Shown: positions 1 to 12,200 of the stretch, one piece after another
How positions within the stretch are numbered: position 1 is the stretch's first letter
Layout of the letters: every line of letters starts with the position of its first letter
NCBI GenBank assembly: GCA_002269645.1
Contig: NIVC01000143.1
Location: forward strand, 434,001 to 498,000
Length of the DNA stretch: 64,000 nt
Direction of reading: 5' to 3'
Origin: Macrostomum lignano
Taxonomy: Eukaryota
The notes under the pieces: generated by a model
Seen by the model: only the letters and a program-made list of their open reading frames with translations
The model's database searches: none
Told to the model about the DNA's origin: nothing
Translations under genes and position numbers: made by a program

Positions 1-2
1 GA

Positions 3-2360
3 GGCGGCGGTTCAGGCAATCGCTGGTGGAATGCCTACCACTTGGCCGACCGACTGACACCGTCCAGTGCCACCCTCACTAAACTGTTTGCTGGCCTATT
101 CGCTGTCATCGCCCTGATCTTTCTAGTTCGATTTGTTACTTTAAAAGCTCGAACTGCCAGACTGTGGACTCCGGTGCCGCTGCCGACTTTGGTGCCGCAG
201 AATGGCACCTCGGCTGAGTTGAGCCCGGACCTGTTCTGGGGCACCTACAGGCCCCAGCTGTACTTCGGATTGAAGCATCGAAGTCCGCATTCCTTGCTGG
301 CTGGTCTCATGTGGTTTCGTCAGGTATAAATTTGTTACGGATGACTCTGTCACAAGATTGTCACTTATCACACTGTCACAAGACTGTCACTTATCACACT
401 GTGACAGGATTGTAACTTATCACTATGTCTCAGGATTGTCACTTATCACACTGTCACAGGATTGTCACTTGTCACTTTGTCACAGGATTGTCACTTGTCA
501 CACTGTCACAGGATTGTAACTTGTCACACTGTCACAGGATTGTCACTTATCAATCTGTCACAGGATTGTCACTTATCACTCTGTCACAGGATTGTCACTT
601 ATCACTGTGTCACAGGATTGTCACTTATCACTCTGTCACAGGATTGTCACTTATCACTGTGTCACAAGATTGTCACTTATCACTCTGTCACAGGATTGTC
701 ATTTATCACTCTGTCACAGGATTGTCACTTATCACTGTCACAAGATTGTCACTTATCATACTGTCTCAGAATTGTCTTTTGTCATACTGTGTGAGGATTG
801 TCACAGGATTGTCACTTATCATTCTGTCACTTATTAGTTATCACAAACAGGTTGTCACTTACCGCAGTGTCACAGGCTGTCACCTATCAAACACAGGTTG
901 TCACTTACCATTCATTCTATCCTATCACACTGTCACACGCTGTCACTTACGACGCTCACGTGTTGTCACTTATCACACATTCATGGAGTTATCAGTCACA
1001 GATCAGTAAGTCACTTATCACACTATCACAGCCTCATAAAATTAAGGCAACGCAGTCACAGTGTTTCAATTAAAAAATCACTGTCAGAAAGCTATTTCTA
1101 AGAAAATTCGGTTATTTAAACCATTTCAGGACGGCCTTGAGCCCCAGATTCGTCACTGGTGCGAACAGTCGGACCGGCTTCGCTACTCCTGGGACGCGCA
1201 CGATGGCCGCAATTTCGGGTCGCAATCGATCCGAGATGAAGAGTTCGCCATCACCACGGAGTTTGTTAAGCGGCCTAAGATGGGCGGCAAAGGTGGAGAC
1301 TGGACCGCTAGGATTTCGACTAAACTTGTCGGCGTGAACGCTAGCGACGCTAAACAGAGACAGCGATCTCCTATACTGTCTGTGATGTTCTATTTCCTAT
1401 TGCCCGACTCTACACTTGGTCATTTGCGCGGTCAAACTGTTGATGAACAGTTTCGATTGGAACGGATTCAAGGTCACACTAAAGAATTGGGGGAGTTTCA
1501 GGTGCGCTTTATATGCTTCCATGTTGTATCCATTAACACCGTGAATGATTTTCATTTATCAAATAAGCCAAGATTTACAAAAGCCGCAAAAATTGATTAT
1601 GTGAACGTTCTGCGTAACCAATTGACTACTTGGAATAATTGAGAATCAGAACTAGACTACTACCAGTAGAAATTGAAATGGGCTACTAGATTGTACTTTT
1701 TGTCTAACGCCAGCTTTTCTCTTTTGAATATTTCTCAGGTGAATTTCCGTCCTCGTACTAGCGGCCCAGTTCGCTATACTCACCTGAGCACCTATGCTCC
1801 GCGCGAAGACCTCATCAAGGAGACCGTCATGCACCGAATGACGGGTTCGCCTGATGGCACTATTGGTCTGACTGGTCGTAGCAATATGAAAATCGAAAAT
1901 CTATTCGTATTTCAAATGACATCTATGCCGGAGTTTCAACTGGAAGTGTCATTCGAATCCGTGTCCGGCCTGTCCGACCGACAAGCTGCCGGCGGCTCGC
2001 TTCAAGGCAAAACTTTCAGTCGCGAGTTCACCCGACACGAGGCCGCTTTTAATCGCAGTTTGGCGCAAAAATTTGGCGCCACTGTGGCTAACGAAAAATC
2101 TTCCGGGTTTGTTCGTTCGGCGCTCAGCAATATGCTTGGCGGTATTGGCTACTTCTACGGCTCTTCTATTGTCAACTCGCCGGAGACTGAAACCACTGCC
2201 GCTTATTGGCCAGCTGCTCTCTTCTCTGCTACACCATCAAGGTAGATTTTTCAGCATAAATTTATACCATGTGTATTAACAGTAGGAATACCAATCCATT
2301 TTCCGCCTGTCGAACAGAGTTTTAAAGAGTTCGCTTTAGCACACTAGAGAGACAGAGAGG

Positions 2361-2433
<73 letters not shown>

Positions 2434-5400
2434 AGGTCTAGTGTCTAAACGCTCGAACTCCCACTTCCAGACACTTAAGCCCAGGAACAAAATTTTATAA
2501 TAACGCGAGGTTCTCCAAAAGGGCGTCTTCTTCTAGAACTAACGGAATCGGAGTTGTGTGCTCCTATCGGTTAATCTAGGATAACCAAAATCAATTAAAT
2601 CGATAATCCTCTAAGGGTATCGGAATCGGTCCGCAGATCCTATCCAATCCCTTAGGAAATGGGAGGCCTCAAATTCAATAGTCTCAGTGAAATCAACTGA
2701 AAAGTCACGGCCGGCAATAAATCGCTCTCAGAAATAAATTCAATAACAAAGGTTCGAACAAAGGCCTACCAATTGGTTTACTTCTCCCTCAGAGATGTAG
2801 CCTCAAGTAGCTTCTGCAGTAAGCTCAAGATGTTTTGAGGCTGCTCCGAGTCTGATATTTTTAGCTTGGATTTTGGCTTGTATTTATAGTAAAATTTCGC
2901 GAAAAACAGATTATTTTTAGTGGTTGACGATTTTGCGTTTTGGAAATTTGGCCCCTATGGAATACATTAGATTTGAGCATCGAATACCATATTCAGAGTT
3001 CTAAATTTAAATGTTGCAAAAGATGGTCATTTGTTGCTTTCGTGGTCTTAAAAATAGTGTGACAATTTGCAGTTTTTAGCATTCAATTTTTTCGCATCTT
3101 TACGTTACTACACAGATGACACCAATTGACTTACATGTATTACGATAAAAACAATTTAGTCCACATGTCGAGTGTACACTAGTAGCTATCATACTTTGCA
3201 TTAATTTTCTTTTGTTTTTTATTGCGTAATATTATTGAATGCTTAAGAGACTAGCTAAGGATGTCCAGCAGTTGAGGTCTGACCATTATTGAAGCTTGAT
3301 AAGAGAAATCTAACATAGTTGGAACAGAATGTCCAGATGTCCAAAGTCGCTTGGTGTAGTCTGTTGAAGGTTACCGACGGTGTCAGGGTGATTACGGGAT
3401 TCTTAAGCGACTAACTGAGGATGTCCAGCAGTTAGGGGTTGCCCATTGTCGAGGCTTGATCAGCGAAGCTAAAGAAATTCGCACCAGGGAGTTCATAGTC
3501 ACCTGGTGCCATCTACCAAAGGTATAGAAGCTTCTCCTAAATAAAGGCCAGTTGTTGACGTGCTGGTGAAATTTTGAGGTGCAGTGCTGGTTGGCGCACA
3601 GAGGTGTATTGAGTACAGTATCCCTTATGGGAAGGAAACGTTAAGCATTGTGAAATTCTAACAATTAATTTCTGTATATTCGCAATCAAATTTTTCTTAG
3701 GTCATTTTTTCCTCGCGGCTTCCTATGGGACGAAGGCTTTCACAATTTGTTAATTGGCCAGTTCGATCCGGAGATTAGTCGCGATATTCTCGCGCATTGG
3801 CTCGACCTAATGAATGTCAATGGTTGGATTCCACGGGAACAAATACTCGGATTTGAGGCCAAGGCTAAGGTTTGTCTATATTTGTCTACTTTGCACGTCT
3901 CAGCTCATGTGGAAAGTTATTGCGGTCATTTCTGTGACTTTGATTGTTCACAACTTTGGCTGTGTTTCACATTAATTTTTGGAATTTCAGTGGCCTTTTG
4001 AATGAATTACATTGCATCATTGCATATGTATGGAGAACATGTATAGATAAACTTTTACCATCTACTCGCAGGTGCCAGGCGAATTTGTAGTTCAACCGGA
4101 CACAAATGCGAATCCGCCTACGCTTTTTCTGGCAGTGGAACAGCTACTCCCCTATCTGACCAGGGACGGCGCAGGCAAAGCCGATAAAGAGTTTCTACGC
4201 CGGCTCTATCCCCGATTGGCGACTTGGTATGCATTTTTCAACACCACACAGGCTGGCCTTTTGCCCGGCACTTACAGGTGGCGCGGTCGCGATTCTAACA
4301 AAGTGCATCAACTGAATCCGCTGACACTTTCGTCGGGGCTGGATGATTATCCCAGAGCGTCGCATCCTACTGATGAGGTTCGTTTAGATTTTCTTTTTTG
4401 CAGCAGTATTTTGATAACTTTTTCTTTGAATCATTTTTCTCATTCAGTGTATATCAATGCAAGGTCTCTTGTAGAATCAGGGCATGACCTTTACACTATG
4501 TATAAACGTTGGCAAAGGAAAGTTGGCAAATGTCTCGTCATCTAAGCATTGCATTTCAGAGCGCGTTCAAGCCAAACTGCTGCGTGAAATATTTTTGATA
4601 CTATGAGCCTAGCAACCCAAAAAGAGCAAAGAAAAGCTTCTTTTGTTTTTTAATAGAAAACGAATTATTTACTCATGTTTAAAAAGCCTTAAAATTTGAT
4701 CAAGATAGGCCATTACAATTGCAGGAGCGTCATCTTGATCTGCTGTGCTGGATGGCCATGGCGTCCCGTGTTATGGCTCAAATCGGTTTTGCTGTTGACG
4801 CGCCAGACTGGCGCAAATTTAGCGCCACCTGGGAATCATTGCGCGCCGAGTCTCATTTAGATAAATATCATTGGAGCGAACAGCTAGCATCCTATTACGA
4901 CTATGGCCTGCACAGTGAGCGGGTCAGATTAGAGCGACCCCAGCCGCCGAAACTCAAGCCTGGTCAGCCGCCGCCGCAGACTCCGCCAAAGAAAATTCGC
5001 CGAGTAGACGTTGAGCCGCGTCTTGGCCACGTGCCAGGCTTCGGCTACGTTAGTCTATTTCCGATGCTGATGCGACTTTTGGAACCGGGTAGCCCGAGGT
5101 TGGGCAAAATCTTGACCGACCTGGCCGATCCTAAACTACTGTGGACTGCTTACGGCTTGCGCTCATTGTCGCCACAGTCGTCCATGTATAATCGACACAA
5201 TACGGAGGACGATCCGCCCTATTGGCGCGGTGCTATCTGGATTAACGCGAATTATCTAGCCGTTACAGCCCTGCGTCATTACGCCAGCCAGCCGGGGCCG
5301 CATCGGGAAACGGCCGCACAGCTGGCTGAGCGGCTTCGAACTGCCGTGTTTAACAATGTGATGAAAGAATGGGACAGCACCGGCTTCCTGTGGGAACAGT

Positions 5401-5483
5401 ACGAGGATCGAACTGGCCGGGGCCAGCGGACGCATCCGTTCTGCGGTTGGACTGCTCTGGCCGCTCTTCTGGCTGTTGCTTGA
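3..5483 (+). CDS. MOGS: Mannosyl-oligosaccharide glucosidase (glucosidase I, GH63), 5'-truncated by the window edge
   Basis: Exons 3-323, 1130-1501, 1739-2241, 3701-3869, 4072-4377, 4725-5483. All junctions are GT-AG and phase-compatible (809 aa in window). Motifs: N-terminal TM anchor, [69 protein letters not shown]. Confidence 0.97.
344..1050. repeat. Minisatellite (~22-26 nt, tcacaggattgtcacttatcactctg) filling MOGS intron 1
   Basis: Visible tandem repetition starting about 20 nt after the donor at 324. Confidence 0.95.
2365..2430. repeat. (GA)n microsatellite
   Basis: Pure GA run in MOGS intron 3. Confidence 0.97.
3240..3640. repeat. Fragment of an unclassified dispersed repeat, also present in reverse at ~14560-14690, ~15480-15700 and ~31950-32060
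   Basis: ggatgtccagcagtt occurs twice (3259, 3419); the reverse complement of 15543-15555 gives gatgtccagcagt. gtgctggttggcgcacagaggtgtattgagtac (~3585) matches the reverse complements of ~14565 and ~31970. Confidence 0.6.
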
Positions 5484-6799
5484 TTTTGTTTTTAAATATT
5501 GATTTTTTTATCAGTTATAATTTAGACATTAACTATCCTATCCCTGTTGGGTAGCAACTGGTTTCTTTCCCTAAGCGGGTGTCGGGCCTAGAGAAAGTTC
5601 GATTCTATCGAGCGTCTTAATTTCGAAGCGTCTCCAAAGTCAGCATTGCAAACAGTGGCTATGTTTTTGGTGTAGCGAATTTCCCTAGCCCTTTGCAGCA
5701 TTGACTACTGGTGAAAAAATTACAGTGAAAAGAGAATCTAATTTTAAGTGCCGAATTCGCTTAGAAGCTAGTCTTTGTTTAACAAATTGCTTAAATTAAC
5801 TTCTCTAGTTTGCTGTTTTTATGCGTGCTTTTTTAATCATTACACTCGTATTTGCATTGCTCGTCTGGTGATTTAGTTTCACACATACCGTTCAATCTGT
5901 CTCTTAAACTGTTTCTTATTGTTCCATCAAGTTGCAGTTTAATATTTATAGTTATTAGTTTATGCTGAAAACTATTGTATTTAAATATATGGATTTTAGC
6001 AATTCTGAGCAGTACTGTATTACCAGTTTAAGTGTTAGCTAAGCAAATCATTTCTAAATTTGAATCTAGCGTATTTGAATAATTGTGTCAAACAATGTTA
6101 GTGTGTCATAATTGTTTAAAACGTCGTAAACTGTTGTGTTTGTTGCTTTAGTTTCTGGTCTGTCATTCTGACTGTGTTCCTGTACTTTGTCGACATTCAC
6201 TTGTTGTATGTTTCCAAAAATCGGAAGTGAAGTTTAAACTGCCTAAACTGTTCATTCCTTCTGTAATTATTTATCCATCTTTTGGTAAACTTCTCTAGCT
6301 GATCATTGTTTTGTTTTGCCTTATGCTTAGCGTTAAGATAAACATTTTCTGTCCCTCTTGGTTGTTTGAGCATTATTTCTTTCTGCAGTTTTCTAATTCA
6401 CTCATGTTTTACGATGCATTGAACTATCAGTGTGTTTTGGTATAGTTGGAGTGTAATACTAGCTTCAAAAAAGCAATGCTTAACTGCTACAGTTCAGAAT
6501 AGTCATTGCTTTTTTGTAGCGACACTTGAAATGATAGTAAACAAACCGGTACTATGTACTGAGACTTATCACAGGGTCGCATCTCTTATTACAATCCGAA
6601 AATTATAAGTTTAGAACTCCAGCCTTCAATCGCTTTATTTCATCAGCCATTTGAGTTGAATAAAATTTGATGTGTTAAAAATATATGCGTGTTTTAATCC
6701 TCCTCATGCCTTTTCGTTTATCTTTCAACGATGTAATTTTTGTGATTCTTTTTATCAAGCAATTAGAAACTTTCTTGAATTCTGTAATGACTTAAATAA

Positions 6800-7775
6800 T
6801 GCCGCAAAAGTTAGCCCAAATTTGTAGATCTCAAGGTCATATAACTATATTAGCTGCCGTGGCATACTACGAGTAGTACACTTTCTTGCTATCCATTAAA
6901 AGAATAATGATGAGTACAGTGCTCAACTGTACCCTTTATAACCTTGCGATGATTACATCACTTCCCAGGCCATCGAGCTCTTTCTTTAGCATTGACTTTA
7001 GAGGCTCAGCTATCCTTCGCGGTGCTGTCACGGACTGCATTGTTTGAAAGTTTGATTTGGAAAATCAAATGTTGTGTTCGCGACATGTCTCACCTTACTC
7101 GCGCGACTCACCACTGGAATGTCCTTTTAGCACAAAGAATATGCGTTCAGTTGTTAGGCCGTTCAGTGTAAACTTGCAGCGTGGTCCAACCGTCACATCA
7201 AAGTGTTTGTCGATCAAGACTCTTGGTGTCGAAGATGATGTCACTACTTTGCTGGTAACAACACCTAAAGTCTGCAGCAGCGGCTCCTGACACTGTCTTT
7301 GATGCATTTGGCGTACGAGTACAAGCATGTGATTTCTCTACGTGTTGAGGCAAATATCGAGTGCATGTTGCCTTTTTTGGGTGGATCTTCCAATGGACAT
7401 ATGGAACTGTCAGCAGTGGCTTCTTTTACGACAATTCGTGCAAATCTTTCCCATTCTGGACATTTATCCCTGCGAAGTTCATGTTCCTTGCTACAAAACT
7501 TGCACATCTGACCTCATGATGATGAGATTGCACGGATGCTTGACTGGGGGTGCTTATGAACAAAACAAGCTTACTACTTTCTTCCGTTATTTGCAGCTGG
7601 CGGCTTCAATGAAGATATCAGTGCGTCCTCTCTCCATGACAGCGCACAGTTCTTTCGTGAGCTCTCAATAGATTCGCCAGATGGTCTTTGCTTTCCTCAA
7701 TGTTAGCTCACTATACCCTCTAGCATTTTCCATGGTTCCAGGATCCCGAAAGTCCCATGACTATCCGGTCTCTAT
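6800..7775 (-). mobile_element. Degenerate Ty3/gypsy gag-protease-RT fragment (copy 1)
   Basis: Broken minus-strand frames give CKFCSKEHELRRDKCP (gag zinc-knuckle region), a protease-like stretch and APRRIAEPLKSMLKKELDGL (start of gypsy RT). Many stops and frameshifts. Confidence 0.75.
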
Positions 7776-8400
7776 GCTACGTTAACAAACGTCAATGCTA
7801 CACGTAGCTACCTTCAGTACAAATTAGGCGAAGCGTATTATGAGTACATGGTATGCGTGTCTACATCAGTCCTTTTCCCTTTCGTTTTCCTTTCGAAATC
7901 GACTTCTAAGTAGCTTTTTGATAATAATTTGCAGCAGAATTAGGCCAAGTATACATACCAGTACTTACCTGTTGGTTGCCGCATGCGAAAAGAAACCGAA
8001 AAAACAGTTTGAATGTTAGAAAAATTGATTAAATTTTTTTCGTATAATTAAAAAATAATTAAACAGCTCCATGTATAAAGTTTCAAGCTGCTGCAAGAAC
8101 TATTTTTTCCATTTTTAGAAAGATCAACAAAAAAGCTACGAAACAGTAGCAGCTGTTTTTTAGAAAATTATAAGTAATGGAGTTTACAATTCTCAAGTTT
8201 CAAAACTAAAATATGGTAGAAAAAATTGTTCAATTATTAAGGCTCATCACTCTGCCATAATTACTCATATGAGGCCAAACTTCATGTGATGAGAGAAAAA
8301 AATATTAACTTCCATTCTTTTGTAAATCGGGCGTGTGATTTGGTGGCGATGTGAATCAGCAGATAGATAATTTTTATTTACCGTTTCGAACCTAGACCCC

Positions 8401-8760
8401 TTTTTTATTAGAGGCTGGGGGTTTGTGTGCACCCTGGCGCACTTTAAGCGTCATTGGCACACAACCGGCGAGAGGCATTGCTGCCTATTCCGCCGACTCC
8501 CCTGAGCAGGCATACAAGCGCGCGGATACGTACGCAGGCACACACTCACACAGGAGTGTACAGCGGCCCTAACTTTATTTATCTTTAAGACATGTACACT
8601 TCACTGCGCCTTGGGGGTTGGCTCTCAAGACCGTTAATTGCACGAGCAGAGCCAAGTCGAGATTCCAATTTAGGCCCAAATTAATGTGACTGCACTTAGA
8701 ATCGAGCCTGGGTCGCTGGCACACCAGAGCCTGCGCTAGACCGCTGGGCTACAGCCCCCC
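8401..8760 (-). mobile_element. tRNA-derived SINE-like insertion
   Basis: Minus strand starts GGGGCTGTAGCCCAGCGGTCTAGCGC (A-box-like) ... GGCTCGATTCT (B-box-like) and ends AATAAAAAA. Absent from the homologous site in the duplicate (~26060). Confidence 0.65.
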
Positions 8761-9288
8761 TATGCCCTACTGTGTCTGGTTCTGTAGTATGGCAGATACT
8801 CATGAAAGCCTCAGGTAATACCGCAATCAAAAATATAGTGTAAGAAAATTTAGAAACCGCAGCAAAATGAGATTTAAAGCGTCTTCTGGTCGAAAAAAAC
8901 TAAGCGCAATAAGTGTACATATATCTTTTTTAAAATAAGTAACACTGCTAAAGCTGCTACGATAGAAAGATAGAACTAAATTTTTGTTATAAGGCATAAA
9001 TAATATGGTATAGTTTTGGGCTTTTGATTATAAATAAACTTTGCGTATCATTTAAATTTTGAAAACACTCGCAACCTTTTTCAAATAATTTTGCTAGTTT
9101 CTAGACACGCTAGTTATAATGTATTCGCTCTAAAAATTAGAACCAGGAATATTTTACTGTACTACTCTTGTACTGCTATGCTAATTAATGCAGTAACTGT
9201 CTTTGAAATATTTGGGAGGTGTGATAAAAGTTTTATAAATCCATATAGTTACTGACGTTTTTTATAGACTAATCGACTGTCTTCAATT

Positions 9289-12200
9289 TCATGGCCATGT
9301 TTTTTGCTTTTTTTGCGGCTGCAAAATTTTCAGAACCTCGTCCAGTTTGGATTCAATGCTTACAATTCGCTGCTCCTGTCGATCTATTATATCTTCATAT
9401 TTTTGGTTTCCTTGCATCTTCGCATCGTCCAGCATCTCCTGCAAATCCGCCTTCAACTCCGCCACTTCCTTGCCTGTGTGCGCCTTCACCACGTCAAAGT
9501 CGTTTCTGTTCCACTCGATGTCGCGCAGCAAGCGGGACCGGCACCGGCGGAACTGAATCGCCTGGAACTCCAGGAATCGGTTGTAGTCTTCGGGGTAGTC
9601 ATTCTTGTCCTGCAGCCACCAAGTGGAGCGTTTCGTCTGAAATACAAAATTAAATATTAATTATAGTCTAGATGTAATCTAAAAGATCAAATGTCACCCC
9701 AAAAATATTCATAACTAATGACGGCTAAATCTTAGTAGTAGCCCAAAGCTAAAGACACCAATACAAAATTAATGACTTGCAACAAAGGGATTTCAAAAAT
9801 TCACTTACGTCATTCGAACTTCCGATATTTTCATCATCGACTTCATTTTTCGTGCGAAATCTTTTAAAACATTTTCTGAATATGAGCAAAGCAAATTTGA
9901 TAATGTACTCCAAAACACTGAATGGCGGCGGAAAAAGACTTATCTGCTGATACTCCTCCAGCATCTGACAGAACTGCCTTCTCCAGACTCCGATCGCAAC
10001 GCCGTAAATTTGTGTGGCTCGAAAATTGAACAGGGCAATCAGCAAGTTCATCATCACCACATTCACCAGGCCCATGAATAGGAATATTATGAGATAGTGA
10101 AACCACTCGTAGCCTTGCTTGATGGCGACCTTTCCTAGCTCTGTGCTGTCTGGAGAGTAGGTCAACCCGATCTGATCAAAGTTGCCGAACAGCAAATTCA
10201 GAGGTAGCGTCGCAGCTTGAATAAACGTTTCCCATCCATTTCTTAGAGTAGCCAGTTCTTCCGTAGGCGTCCAGGCGTTAGAAAACAGCAAGCATACAAT
10301 GAATACTCCAAAAGAGACGAGAATCACGAGCAAGATCGCCAAGAAAGGCAACAAGTCGTAAATAAATAAATTCCAAAGCATGTTAATCATTCGTCCAAAG
10401 ATCTCGAAGTAGCTCAGGAACGAGGTGGATCGAAAGCAGAAAAATGAGTACGACACGCATAGGATGACCTGAATGGGATAAGCATCTTCCAGCTTAAAGC
10501 CCATGCCATAATAGATCCATTTTGCGATAAGACCGGCCAGCAGAAACAGAATCGCCGAACAATCGAAAATGTTCAGCCCGTCAACAATGTAGGCAGGAGC
10601 AGATACTATGTGAGATCCGATCTTGCAGTTCTCTCTATCTTTTCTTTGTCTCACGATTTCACTCACTTCTTGCAAGCCAAACGAGAGAAGATAGGTCAAA
10701 AGAACAATATCCGCACGTAGCTGTAAAAAAGTTACGTCAATATTTATAACGTACCAACCAAAGAATACGAGGAACCCTACGAATGCGACAAAGTGGGTCC
10801 AAAACCTTGCTAGTGGAGAAGTCAGTTTCGAAATTGTCTGCCTGCAGCTGCAAGCGCTGGGGCAGCAGTGACACGGAAGACAGCAGTTTCCGGATGAACC
10901 TTGCTTTGAGCACCCTGAAATGGGCTTCCCCCACTCCTCTTTGGTTACTGAATAGATGCAGTCCGTGGCAAACAGATCCAGGTTGTCAGCTTTTTTTACC
11001 AGATCAAGCACGCTTCCGTATTCAATTTGCTCTGCTTTCCCTGCTTTCCCGTCTGTTAAGACTCGGTACGGAAACTTCGGTCCCAAACAGTTGCGATTTT
11101 CCTTCTTTGCTGCTTCTTTGTCATCTAAACTCGAATGTTTTATTTCACCTTTAATGTACTTGAACAGCCGATCTCTTTCGGGGTCCTCTGGAGCGTTAAC
11201 AAACAGCTCATTGAGTGCGTTCACTGCAATGTTTGTTATTTTGCTTTTGAGTTGAACCAGCTGTTCATGCTTGCCTTTTGCCTTGGCTCTCATCTTGACA
11301 ATCTCGGGTTCCAACTGGATGAGCAAGCTGAGGCAGCACGGAATCAGCTCGAACTGTCGAGTCAGAATCAGATCAGGCAAAATCTCCTCACATTGAAAGA
11401 ATTCGGCCAAGTCTAGAAGAGCAGACTCAGAAGTGGAATCCACATGGATCCTGTGGTTCAACATGTTCCATTTGTCAAAATGAATGTGGAATCTTTCGTC
11501 CTTCTGTAGTGTGTCAATAAGATACCGAGTAAATAGTGTCTCGGTTTCTCTCGTGACGATGTTAAGGCTCAGTGCCGCGCGAAACAGCTTTCTGGAGTCC
11601 ATTTCCAGCGCTTTCATCAGAACCATCTGGTCTGTTCTCTGCTTTCTGTTTTCTGTATTCTCCTTTATGTCTTCTCTTTTCTTCTTGGTACTATCGACAT
11701 TTGTTATGGACACCAGAGTCATTCTCGCTGCTGGCCTGTTGGGAAGTTTAAGCGCTCTTTTCGGCGGATCCAGAAGGCGCCATATGTCCGCCATCTTAAT
11801 TTCTTTTTTAGAATTTCCAGTCGCTTCAGGGCTCTGAAAGTTATTATGCTTATTTTTGTATTCACGGACAGCAAGAGTGAGGTCATATAAGTGTCCGTTT
11901 TCAAAAGCATAGTCGACGCATGTCTGCCCTGAATGCGATTCATTCCAAAGGCTCAATCCTTTTTCAAGCAGGAAAATTATATTCGCCTGGTGTCCGACTG
12001 CGCAGGCAAAGTGCAAGCACGTCTCTCCGTACTGACAGTCTTTGCAAGATTCTGGATTGGCTTTCATTTTAATCAGGCTGTCTAAAGTACTTTTAGATAT
12101 CTTTTCAATACTTTCGATCATTTTCTGATCATCTAGCTTGTACTGACCTGAAAATGTGTGAATTATGTGTGCGCCGGTCTTTGAATTGACCAAAAGTTTA

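Noticed and set aside
2270-3064. Reverse-oriented solo LTR in MOGS intron 3
   Set aside because: Has TG/CA-like ends and a TATA-like motif, but no TSD or second copy in the window.
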